This document shows positions 43,908 through 52,848 of a stretch of 64,000 bases of DNA, piece after piece; positions within the stretch are counted from its first letter, which is position 1, and every line of letters begins with the position of its first letter. Source of the DNA: an uncultured Candidatus Saccharibacteria bacterium (GTDB lineage: Bacteria; Patescibacteriota; Saccharimonadia; Saccharimonadales; CAYZZS01); assembly GCA_964483035.1 (NCBI GenBank), contig CAYZZS010000001.1, positions 6,979 to 70,978 on the forward strand, written 5' to 3'. The translations under genes were made by a program, and so were the position numbers. A model generated the notes under the pieces. That model ran no database searches and had not been told where the DNA came from. It was given only the letters and a program-made list of their open reading frames with translations.

Positions 43908-46452
43908 AGAAGTTTTTGATTTTCTGAAAGTCGCGGGCCTTCCAGTCGCTTTGCCACTCAATCATCTCAATACCCTGCTTGATTGAACGATCCAGCGCCG
44001 GACTGGTGACACTGAAAAAGAATTCCTTGTACTCGGTCAAGAATTTCTCATCACTGAAAGCTCGGCCGGCGTATATTGGATAGCGGTAAAAGCTCAGGTC
44101 GCTGCTAAGATTTTCGCTCAACCATTGCCAGTTCTGTTTCATCCACTTCCAGGTATCGTGCTTGGCGTGCCGATTAAGGAAGCTGTAGGCGACCCAGAAG
44201 CTGACATCCTGCAGGCGCACCTTATCAGTAGTAACTATTTCAAGAGCTCTTTTAATGAGCTCGGGCTGTTTGAAGCCGGTGAGGGCCGAGACGATAGTAT
44301 TGCGCTCTTCACTGCTGGTCGTTTCATCGTGCATCTTCAGTAGCTTATCGAATTCCGCTTCTCCACCGTGCCGGACAGCGGTGCCGTAAACAACGCCGCG
44401 GATATCCGGCTCAATGTCTTCCGGCTTGTTCATATCGTTAAACAGTTCCAGGGATTTTTCTACGACTGACGGCTCTTCTGCGAATGATGCCATACCAAGG
44501 ATTGTCGGCCGAAGCAGACTATCTAAGTGCGGCTCGTTCTTAGCTTTCTGCCAGCCGAGACGTGCAAGCTGTTTTTCAACCAGTCTCCGCATGTACGGTT
44601 TCATTTGGTCACGCAGCTCGTCGTCGTCCATGGCCGCACGTATGCTCGCCAGGTTACTGGAGACTATATCCCACACAACGCTGTTATCCTCTTGGTCATA
44701 GTACTGCAGAAGTGAGAGTGCTTCGGTCGTGTCGGTATGGCCCGCTTTGGCGGCTTCAAATGTGTCGCTAAGGACTCCCATTCGGTCTATGGGGCCAAGT
44801 TTGCCTCGGCGTATGAGCTCCCCGAGGCGCTCACGGTGCGTGGCGTTATAGATGGTGCGGTAAAAGCCACTATGGCCGATATTGAGCTTCGTGTGCTCTG
44901 GGTCATTGGTGGTGAATGTTCCAGAGGACTTGTCGAGAATTTCGGATGACAATGATTCTGACAGCAGCGGTACTGGCCATAGCGGGCTGACTGGTGATTC
45001 ATTTCTGGCTTTTGGATTGAGGTAGAACCGCTCCTGCTTGAGCTCGACATCGCTGCCTTCAGCGTTCGCAGTAACAATCGGGAATCCGCCTTGACTCGTC
45101 CAGGCATGCATAAAATCTTTGACCGGTTTTTGGGATACTTCTTCGAGTGCTGCCCACAAGTCAACCGTGTCAGTGTTGTTATACTCGTGTTTATTTAGGT
45201 AGTACCGAAGCCCGTCTCTAAACACCTCCGGACCGAGGTATTCGTGCAGCATGTGAATAACGCTGGCTCCCTTGCTGTAGCTAATGGCGTCGAAGATGGT
45301 GCGAATTTCATCGGGGTGCCGTACGGGGACCTCGATGGGGTGCGTGTGTTCCAGGGCATCAAGCTTAAGTGCGGCTTGCTGCTCGTCTACATTGAACTGC
45401 ATCCACATATCCCAGTCCGGATACAGGTGATCGACAGCCAAATACTCAATCCAGCTGGCAAAACCTTCATTCAGCCATAGATCAGTCCACCAGCGCATGG
45501 TAACAAGGTTCCCGAACCACTGGTGCGCCAGCTCATGGGCAATTACCATGGCGACATACTGCTTTGCGTGCAGGCTGGTGTTGACCGGATCAACCAGCAT
45601 GGTGGTTTCACGGAACGTAATACAGCCCCAGTTCTCCATAGCGCCGCTGGCAAAGTCAGGAAGCGCAATCAGATCACACTTTTCAAGCGGGTATTTTATA
45701 TTGAAATAATCTTCATAAAACTCTAGGCAGCGGACTGCTGTATCCAGTGCGAAATCAGTCTGCTCGACCTTATCCGGTGTGGCGTACGTGCGAACGATAG
45801 TGCCATTCTTGGTCTTGGCTTCCTTGTGAGCTAGCTTTCCGAAAACAAACGCCAAGAGGTATGTCGACATGTGCGGCGTCGTCTCAAAGGTGGTAGTGGT
45901 AAGTCCGTTCTTTGTCTGCTGCTCTTTTGCTGGCGTATTGCTAAGTACCGTCTCTCCTTCGGGGGTAGTTATGGTCAAGTCAAAGGTAGCTTTGGCAGCT
46001 GGTTCATCAATACAGGGGAAGGCTTCGCGGGCATGATGACTTTCAAATTGCGTTGCAATAAGTATCTGCTCAGTTCCACTCTCTTCAAAGAAGCACGGAT
46101 AAATACCGTTCATCGGTCGGGTGATTTCCCCCTTAAACTCCATGGTCACAGTATATTGCCCGGGGTAGAGCATCTCTGTCGCATGCAGTCTGACCTCATC
46201 ATAGGAGTTATGGTGATTGATGCGATCTATTTCGACTTCACGGTCTCCCTTTTTGTCATGCAGTGTGACTTTAGCCCGAGTTATTTTAAGTCCGTTCTGA
46301 TGAAAGACTAGTCGCTGGCTGGGGCGGCCGAGCTTATGCCCGGCAACTATCACTGTTCCCTGAAACGACATCGTCTTTTTATCCGGGTGGATTTGCAGTA
46401 TGTAATGATTGGGTCTGAATTGGTCTAGTAGACGCTTCACATTTTTGCTCAT
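43894..46452 (-). CDS. pepN: M1-family aminopeptidase N
   Basis: GAMENWG exopeptidase motif and HELAHQWFGNLVTMRWWTDLWLNEGFA (HExxH-x18-E). 852 aa with an ERAP1-like C-terminal domain. Confidence 0.9.
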   Translation of the reverse strand: MSKNVKRLLDQFRPNHYILQIHPDKKTMSFQGTVIVAGHKLGRPSQRLVFHQNGLKITRAKVTLHDKKGDREVEIDRINHHNSYDEVRLHATEMLYPGQYTVTMEFKGEITRPMNGIYPCFFEESGTEQILIATQFESHHAREAFPCIDEPAAKATFDLTITTPEGETVLSNTPAKEQQTKNGLTTTTFETTPHMSTYLLAFVFGKLAHKEAKTKNGTIVRTYATPDKVEQTDFALDTAVRCLEFYEDYFNIKYPLEKCDLIALPDFASGAMENWGCITFRETTMLVDPVNTSLHAKQYVAMVIAHELAHQWFGNLVTMRWWTDLWLNEGFASWIEYLAVDHLYPDWDMWMQFNVDEQQAALKLDALEHTHPIEVPVRHPDEIRTIFDAISYSKGASVIHMLHEYLGPEVFRDGLRYYLNKHEYNNTDTVDLWAALEEVSQKPVKDFMHAWTSQGGFPIVTANAEGSDVELKQERFYLNPKARNESPVSPLWPVPLLSESLSSEILDKSSGTFTTNDPEHTKLNIGHSGFYRTIYNATHRERLGELIRRGKLGPIDRMGVLSDTFEAAKAGHTDTTEALSLLQYYDQEDNSVVWDIVSSNLASIRAAMDDDELRDQMKPYMRRLVEKQLARLGWQKAKNEPHLDSLLRPTILGMASFAEEPSVVEKSLELFNDMNKPEDIEPDIRGVVYGTAVRHGGEAEFDKLLKMHDETTSSEERNTIVSALTGFKQPELIKRALEIVTTDKVRLQDVSFWVAYSFLNRHAKHDTWKWMKQNWQWLSENLSSDLSFYRYPIYAGRAFSDEKFLTEYKEFFFSVTSPALDRSIKQGIEMIEWQSDWKARDFQKIKNFFTAK

Positions 46453-46459
46453 AGGGTCA

Positions 46460-46465
46460 ATTCTA
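46460..46465 (-). promoter_or_regulatory. -10-like hexamer TAGAAT 7 nt upstream of the pepN ATG (leaderless type)
   Basis: Minus strand reads TAGAAT-tgaccct-ATG. Confidence 0.4.
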
Positions 46466-46504
46466 GCATGTCGGCAGCGTATTCATGGAGCGTGGCCAAT
46501 ACGT

Positions 46505-46533
46505 TTGATTAATTCGTTCCCCAGTAGTATAAT
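46505..46533 (+). promoter_or_regulatory. nusA promoter TTGATT-N17-TATAAT
   Basis: -35 at 46505-10 and a consensus -10 at 46528-33 with a 17-nt spacer. Confidence 0.5.
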
Positions 46534-46549
46534 TACCCGCATCAGGTCG

Positions 46550-46569
46550 GCCGAAAGGTCGGCTTTTTT
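46550..46569 (+). terminator. Short hairpin plus U6 in the nusA leader (possible attenuator)
   Basis: GCCGA-aagg-TCGGC followed by TTTTTT, lying between the promoter and the nusA start. Confidence 0.35.
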
Positions 46570-46594
46570 CATGAAAAGAAAGGATATACCAGCC

Positions 46595-47755
46595 ATGGAT
46601 TTAGACGTAAAGCAGCTAGCACTGGCAGTGCGGGCACTTGCGGAAGAGAAGAATTTACCAGAAGAAACGGTTCAAGAGGTTGTTGAACAGGCCCTAGCCG
46701 CGGCTTTTCGTCGTGATTACGGTGATCGCGAACAGGAGGTTAGGGTGGCCATGAATATCAACACCGGTGATGTTGATGCATATGTGGCGAAAGAAGTTGT
46801 AGAAACGGTTGAAGATCCGGCGGTGCAGATCAACCTTGCCGAGGCGCAAGCTGTTCGCAAGGATGCAGCAATCGGCGAAACGGTTGAAATACACCATAAG
46901 GTTGAGTCGTTCGGCCGCGTGGCAGCACAGACAGCCAAGCAGGTGGTATTGCAGCGATTACGTGAGGCGGAGCGTGAAGTAGTGATGAGTGAGTTTGAAG
47001 ACAAGATCGGCACGGTGATTAATGGCATTGTTTCTCGCGTTGAAGGCAATATTGTTCGAATCGACCTTGGTAAGGCGCAGGGTATCATGCCGAGGAGCGA
47101 GCAGATCCAAGGGGAGCGATATTATCCTGGACAGCGGCTCAAGGTATATCTGAAAGATGTAGAACGAGGTTTCCGTGGACCGCAGCTAGTTGTTTCGCGT
47201 GGCAGTACGCAGTTTCTGGAGTGGCTGTTTAGGGCTGAAGTGCCGGAGATGGAGAACGGCGCCGTTGAGATTAAGGGTATTGCTCGTGAAGCAGGCGTCC
47301 GCAGCAAGATTGCTGTGCATAGCACGGTTCAGGGCGTTGATCCTGTTGGAACATTCGTCGGAGGGCACGGTACTCGGGTGAACGCAGTTGTTAGTGAGAT
47401 CGGCGAGCAGGAGAAAGTCGATATCGTTGTATGGAGTGATGATCCTGATGCATATATTAAGAATGCCCTTAGCCCTACCAAGGTGAGTAAAGTGGACATC
47501 AATGAGTCCGATAAGAAGGCGACGGTGGTCGTGCCGGAAGATCAGCTCAGTATTGCAATTGGTAAGAGCGGCCAGAATGTGCGCCTAGCCAGTAAGCTGA
47601 CCGGCTATGATCTAGATATTGAAGCCGAGAAAGAGGCTGGCGTGAGTGAAGAAGTGACAGAAAAGACGCATCGGCCGGTGCAAAAGCTGAAAAAGAAGAG
47701 TGAGTTGGAGAGTTCACTGCTCGAGGCTATTGAAGAGCACGGTACTGAAGAGTAG
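46595..47755 (+). CDS. nusA: Transcription termination/antitermination factor NusA
   Basis: N-terminal domain, S1 and two KH domains (IAIGKSGQNVRLASKLTG). The start at 46595 follows GAAAGGA (alternative at 46571). The ORF-track start at 46409 overlaps pepN and is rejected. Confidence 0.9.
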   Translation: MDLDVKQLALAVRALAEEKNLPEETVQEVVEQALAAAFRRDYGDREQEVRVAMNINTGDVDAYVAKEVVETVEDPAVQINLAEAQAVRKDAAIGETVEIHHKVESFGRVAAQTAKQVVLQRLREAEREVVMSEFEDKIGTVINGIVSRVEGNIVRIDLGKAQGIMPRSEQIQGERYYPGQRLKVYLKDVERGFRGPQLVVSRGSTQFLEWLFRAEVPEMENGAVEIKGIAREAGVRSKIAVHSTVQGVDPVGTFVGGHGTRVNAVVSEIGEQEKVDIVVWSDDPDAYIKNALSPTKVSKVDINESDKKATVVVPEDQLSIAIGKSGQNVRLASKLTGYDLDIEAEKEAGVSEEVTEKTHRPVQKLKKKSELESSLLEAIEEHGTEE

Positions 47756-47851
47756 CAGAAAGGCAGCTACCGAGAGTAAGGGTGATGGCGTGCGATGGTG
47801 CGCCATCACCGGCTCGGGGTGGCGGGTGAGGCAATAGTCTGGCAAAGTACG

Positions 47852-47882
47852 TTAGCACTCTTGCAATGGGAGTGCTAATTTT
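47852..47882 (+). terminator. Intrinsic terminator after nusA
   Basis: TTAGCACTC-ttgcaatgg-GAGTGCTAA followed by TTTT. Confidence 0.65.
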
Positions 47883-47938
47883 GCTATGCTAGATGGTAGC
47901 GATATATATAAAACCATCGCTGAAAGTGGGTAACAATT

Positions 47939-50434
47939 ATGATGCCAAACACACCCGATTTCCATGAGTTTCTTAATCATTTGACTGATAATGCACTGCA
48001 AAGCCTGAAGCACGCAGACGGTATTGCCAGGAGCTTCGGCAGTGCCTATGTCGGAACCGAACATCTGCTACTTGGAGTGCTGGCGCAAGAAACCAGCATG
48101 GGCTCCAAGATTCTAGAAGGTGCTGGCGTGACGCTGGATAGGGCGCGCCTGGCTTTGAACCTGACACCGAAAACGCTGGTGATAAACATGGGCGCGAAGG
48201 GCCTGAGTGAAACAGCCAAGCTTACGCTGAAAATGGCTTACGAGGTAGCTCAGGATTATAGTCAGGAATACTGTGGTACCGAACATATTTTATATAGCAT
48301 TCTTAACCAGAAAAATGCGCGGGCCACGATACTGCTCCGCGATATGAATATTGACGTTGATGCGCTGATAAACGAATTAGAACAATTCCTTAATCGCCAG
48401 CAGTATGACGGCGAGAGTGAGTCTGCGGCTGAGAATAAGCAGCGGACCAAGAAACAGCGCAAGACTGCACTTGATTTCTTCGGCACCGATCTGACGGCCC
48501 AGGCTAAAAGCGGCAAGCTTGATCCTGTAGTGGGGCGTGAGGAGCAAATCCGCCGGGTGATTACAGTCTTAAACCGACGCACCAAAAACAACCCGGTACT
48601 TATTGGTGAGCCGGGCGTCGGAAAGACGGCGATTGTCGAAGGGTTGGCGCACCGTATTGTGAGCGAGGACGTGCCGGACAGCCTGCTTGACAAGCGCATA
48701 GTCATGCTTGACCTAGCTGGTATGATAGCCGGCACGAAATACCGCGGCGAATTTGAGGAACGGCTAAAGAAGGTAATGACCGAGCTTGAGAATGACAAGA
48801 AGACGATTGTCTTTATTGATGAGATGCACCTGATTGTTGGTGCAGGCGCAGCCGAAGGGGCGATGGACGCCGGAAACATCCTCAAGCCGGCGCTGGCCCG
48901 GGCTAAGATCCAAGTAATCGGTGCTACTACGACAGCCGAGTATACGAAGCACATTGAGAAGGACGCTGCACTTGAGCGGCGTTTCCAGCCGGTGCAGGTG
49001 CCTGAAGCGACGACAGCGGAAAGCTTGGCGATCCTAAAGGGGCTCAGGAAGCACTATGAGGAATTCCACGGTGTCAAAGTCAGTGACGAGATTCTGGAAG
49101 ATACGGTAAATCTCGCAAAGCGTTATATAAACGACCGATATATGCCAGATAAGGCAATAGACCTGCTGGACGAGACGGCGGCGCATATGCGTGTCGATCA
49201 AGGCAAGACCTCGCCTGAACTTCGGGCGCTGCAAAAAGAGCTGAAGCTGGTGAACGCCCGACGTGAAGACGCGGCAGAGGCCGAAGATTACGAAAAAGCT
49301 GCTGAATATAAGATGCAGGCCAGTCGCCTTCAGTCTCAGATAGACGAGCTGGCTGCTGCAGGCAACGGTGCCAAGCCGCTCATTATGGGTAGTGATGATG
49401 TGGCTCGGGTAGTAGCTAGGATGACAGGTATACCGGTGCAGAAGGTAATTCGCGCCGAAGCCAAGTACTTATTGAATCTTGAGAAGACGTTGGGCAGGCA
49501 TGTCATCGGCCAGGATGAAGCGGTCGAGGTCGTGGCGAAAGCAGTCCGCCGTAATCGTTCCGGAATCGGAAGCGCCAAGCGGCCAATCGGCTCATTCATC
49601 TTCCTAGGGCCTACCGGTGTCGGTAAGACCGAGTTGGCTCGGGTGCTGGCAAGAGAGTTCTTTGGTAGCGAAGAGTCAATGATCAAAATCGACATGAGTG
49701 AATTTGCCGAACGTCATACCGTTTCACGTCTTGTTGGTGCGCCAGCAGGGTATATTGGCTACGATGACTCCGGTCAGTTGACTGAGAAGATTCGGCGACA
49801 GCCGTATAGCTTAGTGCTGTTTGATGAGATCGAAAAAGCACATCCGGAAGTGTTTAATATGCTACTGCAGATACTTGAGGATGGTCATCTATCAGATGCC
49901 AAGGGTCGGAAGGTCGACTTTACTAATACTATTGTCATCATGACCAGCAACATTGGTGCCGATAAACTGCAAAAAGAAGTCAATCTTGGCTTCCATGCGA
50001 TCAATCGTACCGATCTGCGCGACCTGGACAAGCTCCATGCTCTCAATAAGGACAAGGTTCATGATGAGCTCAAGCGTATGATGCGTCCGGAGCTGCTCAA
50101 TCGTATCGATAAAGTCATAGTCTTTAGGGCTCTGACGCAGCACGATATCTTCAAGATTATCGATCTGCAAATTAATGACCTGCGTGATCGGCTCGCAAAA
50201 AAGGGGCTTGGTATCCAGTTAACCACCAAGGCAAAACAATACTTACTAGAGAATGGCTATGATGCCAAGAATGGTGTGCGGCCGCTCAGGCGCCTGATTC
50301 AGGATACGCTTGAAGACCAGATTGCCCTAGGCCTATTGGACAATCAGTACGAGAAGGGCGATATCATTAAAGTCGATGCCAAGGGTGGAGAGCTGGTGTA
50401 TCATACGGCTAACGAAGCTGTTCCGGCAAAATAG
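47939..50434 (+). CDS. clpC: ATP-dependent Clp protease ATP-binding subunit ClpC (class I AAA+)
   Basis: Double Clp_N repeat, two AAA+ modules (GEPGVGKT, GPTGVGKT), and a UVR-like motif between them (AEDYEKAAEYK). Confidence 0.92.
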   Translation: MMPNTPDFHEFLNHLTDNALQSLKHADGIARSFGSAYVGTEHLLLGVLAQETSMGSKILEGAGVTLDRARLALNLTPKTLVINMGAKGLSETAKLTLKMAYEVAQDYSQEYCGTEHILYSILNQKNARATILLRDMNIDVDALINELEQFLNRQQYDGESESAAENKQRTKKQRKTALDFFGTDLTAQAKSGKLDPVVGREEQIRRVITVLNRRTKNNPVLIGEPGVGKTAIVEGLAHRIVSEDVPDSLLDKRIVMLDLAGMIAGTKYRGEFEERLKKVMTELENDKKTIVFIDEMHLIVGAGAAEGAMDAGNILKPALARAKIQVIGATTTAEYTKHIEKDAALERRFQPVQVPEATTAESLAILKGLRKHYEEFHGVKVSDEILEDTVNLAKRYINDRYMPDKAIDLLDETAAHMRVDQGKTSPELRALQKELKLVNARREDAAEAEDYEKAAEYKMQASRLQSQIDELAAAGNGAKPLIMGSDDVARVVARMTGIPVQKVIRAEAKYLLNLEKTLGRHVIGQDEAVEVVAKAVRRNRSGIGSAKRPIGSFIFLGPTGVGKTELARVLAREFFGSEESMIKIDMSEFAERHTVSRLVGAPAGYIGYDDSGQLTEKIRRQPYSLVLFDEIEKAHPEVFNMLLQILEDGHLSDAKGRKVDFTNTIVIMTSNIGADKLQKEVNLGFHAINRTDLRDLDKLHALNKDKVHDELKRMMRPELLNRIDKVIVFRALTQHDIFKIIDLQINDLRDRLAKKGLGIQLTTKAKQYLLENGYDAKNGVRPLRRLIQDTLEDQIALGLLDNQYEKGDIIKVDAKGGELVYHTANEAVPAK

Positions 50435-50443
50435 CCTTACAGT

Positions 50444-50449
50444 TATACT
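50444..50449 (+). promoter_or_regulatory. -10-like hexamer TATACT 6 nt upstream of ATG
   Basis: TATACT-ggtagc-ATG, directly after the clpC stop. Confidence 0.35.
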
Positions 50450-50455
50450 GGTAGC

Positions 50456-51424
50456 ATGAAAAAGCTTGCCGGCCGGATTGGAATGCTTGCCATCAGTGCA
50501 CTGCTGCTGTTGTCGGTGATTGTGGCCATCATGCAGCGGCAGCAGTTGTACGACTGGTACATCTTACGTTCCTATGAGCCGCCTTCTGAGATAGTAGAAC
50601 TGGCGGAAGAGTCTGGCATGAGTGAATATGCCAAGCGTATATTTTTTGTCAATCGACCTAGTATCGAAGATAGCGAAACATTCAACAGCTACTGCAGGCA
50701 GAATGAATACACCATTGTCTTAGGTTGTTATATTGGCGGTCAGAGCGGTATCCATATTTTTGAAATAAAGGACCAGCAGCTTTACGGAATCAAACAGGTG
50801 ACGGCCGCACATGAAATGCTGCATGCCGGTTATGATCGGCTCTCAAGCAAAGAGCGTTCCTGGATTAATGAGCTGCTGCTGCGGTTCTATGATGAGCTGA
50901 ATGATGAGCGCATTAGAAAAAACGTAGAAACTTACAGGGCTAATAATCCCGATATTGTACCGAATGAGCTACATTCCATACTTGCAACGGAAGTGAGGGT
51001 GTTGACGCCCGAGCTTGAGCAGTACTATTCCCGATATTTTACCGACCGCCTGCGAGTGGTTGCTCATAGTGAACGGTATGAAGCGGTATTTGAAGATTTA
51101 AAGCAGCAGATAGCTGATTATGATGCGGAGCTGAGTGCGTTGCGGTATCGAATTGACGAGCTGGAATCAGCGCTTAAAACAGAAAAGGAGTATCTTGAGG
51201 GTGAAAGTAATCGTCTCGATCAATTGGCGGCAGTCAGAGATGTCGCGGCCTTTAACGCGGCAGTGCCATCATTCAACGCCCGGCTTGATTCTTACAATGC
51301 CGAAGTCGTGCGATATCAGCAGCTAATAAGCGAGTATAATGCCACGGTAGAGAAGCGGAATGAGGCTGCATATGAGCGAAGCAGCTTGGCAAATAGTATT
51401 AACAGCAAGTACGAACAGCTGTAG
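50456..51424 (+). CDS. Hypothetical membrane-anchored protein with HExxH motif and C-terminal coiled coil
   Basis: N-terminal TM helix, TAAHEMLHAGY (HExxH), and a heptad-rich C-terminal third (ELSALRYRIDELESALKTEKEYLE...). Confidence 0.55.
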   Translation: MKKLAGRIGMLAISALLLLSVIVAIMQRQQLYDWYILRSYEPPSEIVELAEESGMSEYAKRIFFVNRPSIEDSETFNSYCRQNEYTIVLGCYIGGQSGIHIFEIKDQQLYGIKQVTAAHEMLHAGYDRLSSKERSWINELLLRFYDELNDERIRKNVETYRANNPDIVPNELHSILATEVRVLTPELEQYYSRYFTDRLRVVAHSERYEAVFEDLKQQIADYDAELSALRYRIDELESALKTEKEYLEGESNRLDQLAAVRDVAAFNAAVPSFNARLDSYNAEVVRYQQLISEYNATVEKRNEAAYERSSLANSINSKYEQL

Positions 51425-51434
51425 GAGTTAATAT

Positions 51435-52790
51435 ATGGCGAAGGCCACAACACAATTTGTTTGCCAAGAGTGCGGTGCGGTGCGGAGTAAGTGGACCGGT
51501 AAATGTGACATTTGCGGCGCATGGAACAGTTATTTAGAGCAGGCGAGCTCCTCGGCTGAGTCATCGTCAGGGAAGACTGCTGGTCGTGCTTTGACGACAA
51601 TTGTTTCGTCTGAAGCGGTTAGCAGCAACAGTAAGCGGTTACTGACCGGTTTTGATGATATTGATACGTTGCTGGGTGGCGGTATTGCTGAGGGCAGTAT
51701 AATCCTAATGAGCGGTGAGCCGGGAATAGGCAAGTCAACTTTGCTAACCCAGGTCGCCATGCACCTATCGGAGCAGGCGCCAGTTCTGTACGTAAGTGCC
51801 GAGGAGTCGGCTGAGCAGGTCGGCGGCAGAGTCAAGCGCCTGGCACAGAAGCAGTCAGCTGTACAGCTTGCGAGCTCTACGAGTACGGATGATATCGCTG
51901 CGACTATTCGCTCCAAGGAATTTAAGCTGGTCATTGTCGACTCAATGCAAACGATAGCACTCGCTTCCGTTCCTTCGGCGCCCGGCTCCATTTCTCAGGT
52001 TACCAACAGTACTCATGCATTGATTGGGGCGGCTCGTGAGGCTGGCGTAACGCTGCTGGTTGTCGGCCATATCACCAAAGAGGGTTCTATTGCAGGACCG
52101 AAGCTGCTGGAGCACCTGGTTGACGTCGTGATGATCATTGAAGGGGATCGGTTCGGAGGGTTTAAGGTCGTGCGGGCGGTCAAGAATCGATTTGGCCCGA
52201 CCAGCGAAGCGAGCATCTTGGAGATGGGCGAGCAGGGGCTGGAGAATGTCGCAAACCCCTCGCAAGCACTTCTTGAGGAGCGGCTCAGGACTGATGGGTC
52301 GGTAGTGCTGGCGACCCTGGAAGGTAGCCGGCCACTGCTGGTTGAGATTCAGGCGTTGGTGAATAAGACCAGCTTCGGCTACCCAAAGCGGACAGCAAGC
52401 GGATTTGACCTTAACAGACTCAATCTTTTGATTGCAGTGCTAAACAAGCGGACCAAGCTTGACCTTAGTAGCAGCGATGTATTCGTCAATGTGGTAGGCG
52501 GGATCAGTCTAAAGGATCCTGGGGCGGATTTGGCGGTAGTTATGGCAATCGCTTCGGCGGCGAAATCAATGAGTCTGAAGGACGATGCAGTTGTCTTTGG
52601 TGAAGTAGGGTTGTCCGGAGAGATTCGACATGTGCCAAGAGCTGAAAAGCGAGCTACGGAAGCCCTTAAGATGGGATTTAAGGTCGTGCTCGGGCCAAAG
52701 CAGCGCTCCGGGTCAGGTAAATTACCTAAGGGCTTGATAGGATTGACTGATATCAGAGCTGCACTAAATCAGTACTTATCCAAAGAGTAG
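51435..52790 (+). CDS. radA: DNA repair protein RadA/Sms
   Basis: N-terminal zinc finger CQECG...CDICG, Walker A GEPGIGKST, KNRFG motif, Lon-like C-terminal domain. Confidence 0.93.
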   Translation: MAKATTQFVCQECGAVRSKWTGKCDICGAWNSYLEQASSSAESSSGKTAGRALTTIVSSEAVSSNSKRLLTGFDDIDTLLGGGIAEGSIILMSGEPGIGKSTLLTQVAMHLSEQAPVLYVSAEESAEQVGGRVKRLAQKQSAVQLASSTSTDDIAATIRSKEFKLVIVDSMQTIALASVPSAPGSISQVTNSTHALIGAAREAGVTLLVVGHITKEGSIAGPKLLEHLVDVVMIIEGDRFGGFKVVRAVKNRFGPTSEASILEMGEQGLENVANPSQALLEERLRTDGSVVLATLEGSRPLLVEIQALVNKTSFGYPKRTASGFDLNRLNLLIAVLNKRTKLDLSSSDVFVNVVGGISLKDPGADLAVVMAIASAAKSMSLKDDAVVFGEVGLSGEIRHVPRAEKRATEALKMGFKVVLGPKQRSGSGKLPKGLIGLTDIRAALNQYLSKE

Positions 52791-52848
52791 CGTTAGCGCC
52801 AAGGCCGTTAAACCTGCGGTCGTGGATACGGTTGCATTTTTTTCGCAG

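Noticed and set aside
46409-46594. N-terminal extension of the nusA ORF (the ORF track starts at 46409).
   Set aside because: It overlaps the pepN 5' end and its promoter on the other strand, contains the nusA promoter and the hairpin-U6 itself, and translates to non-NusA sequence. The homology-consistent N-terminus begins at MDLDVKQLALAV.
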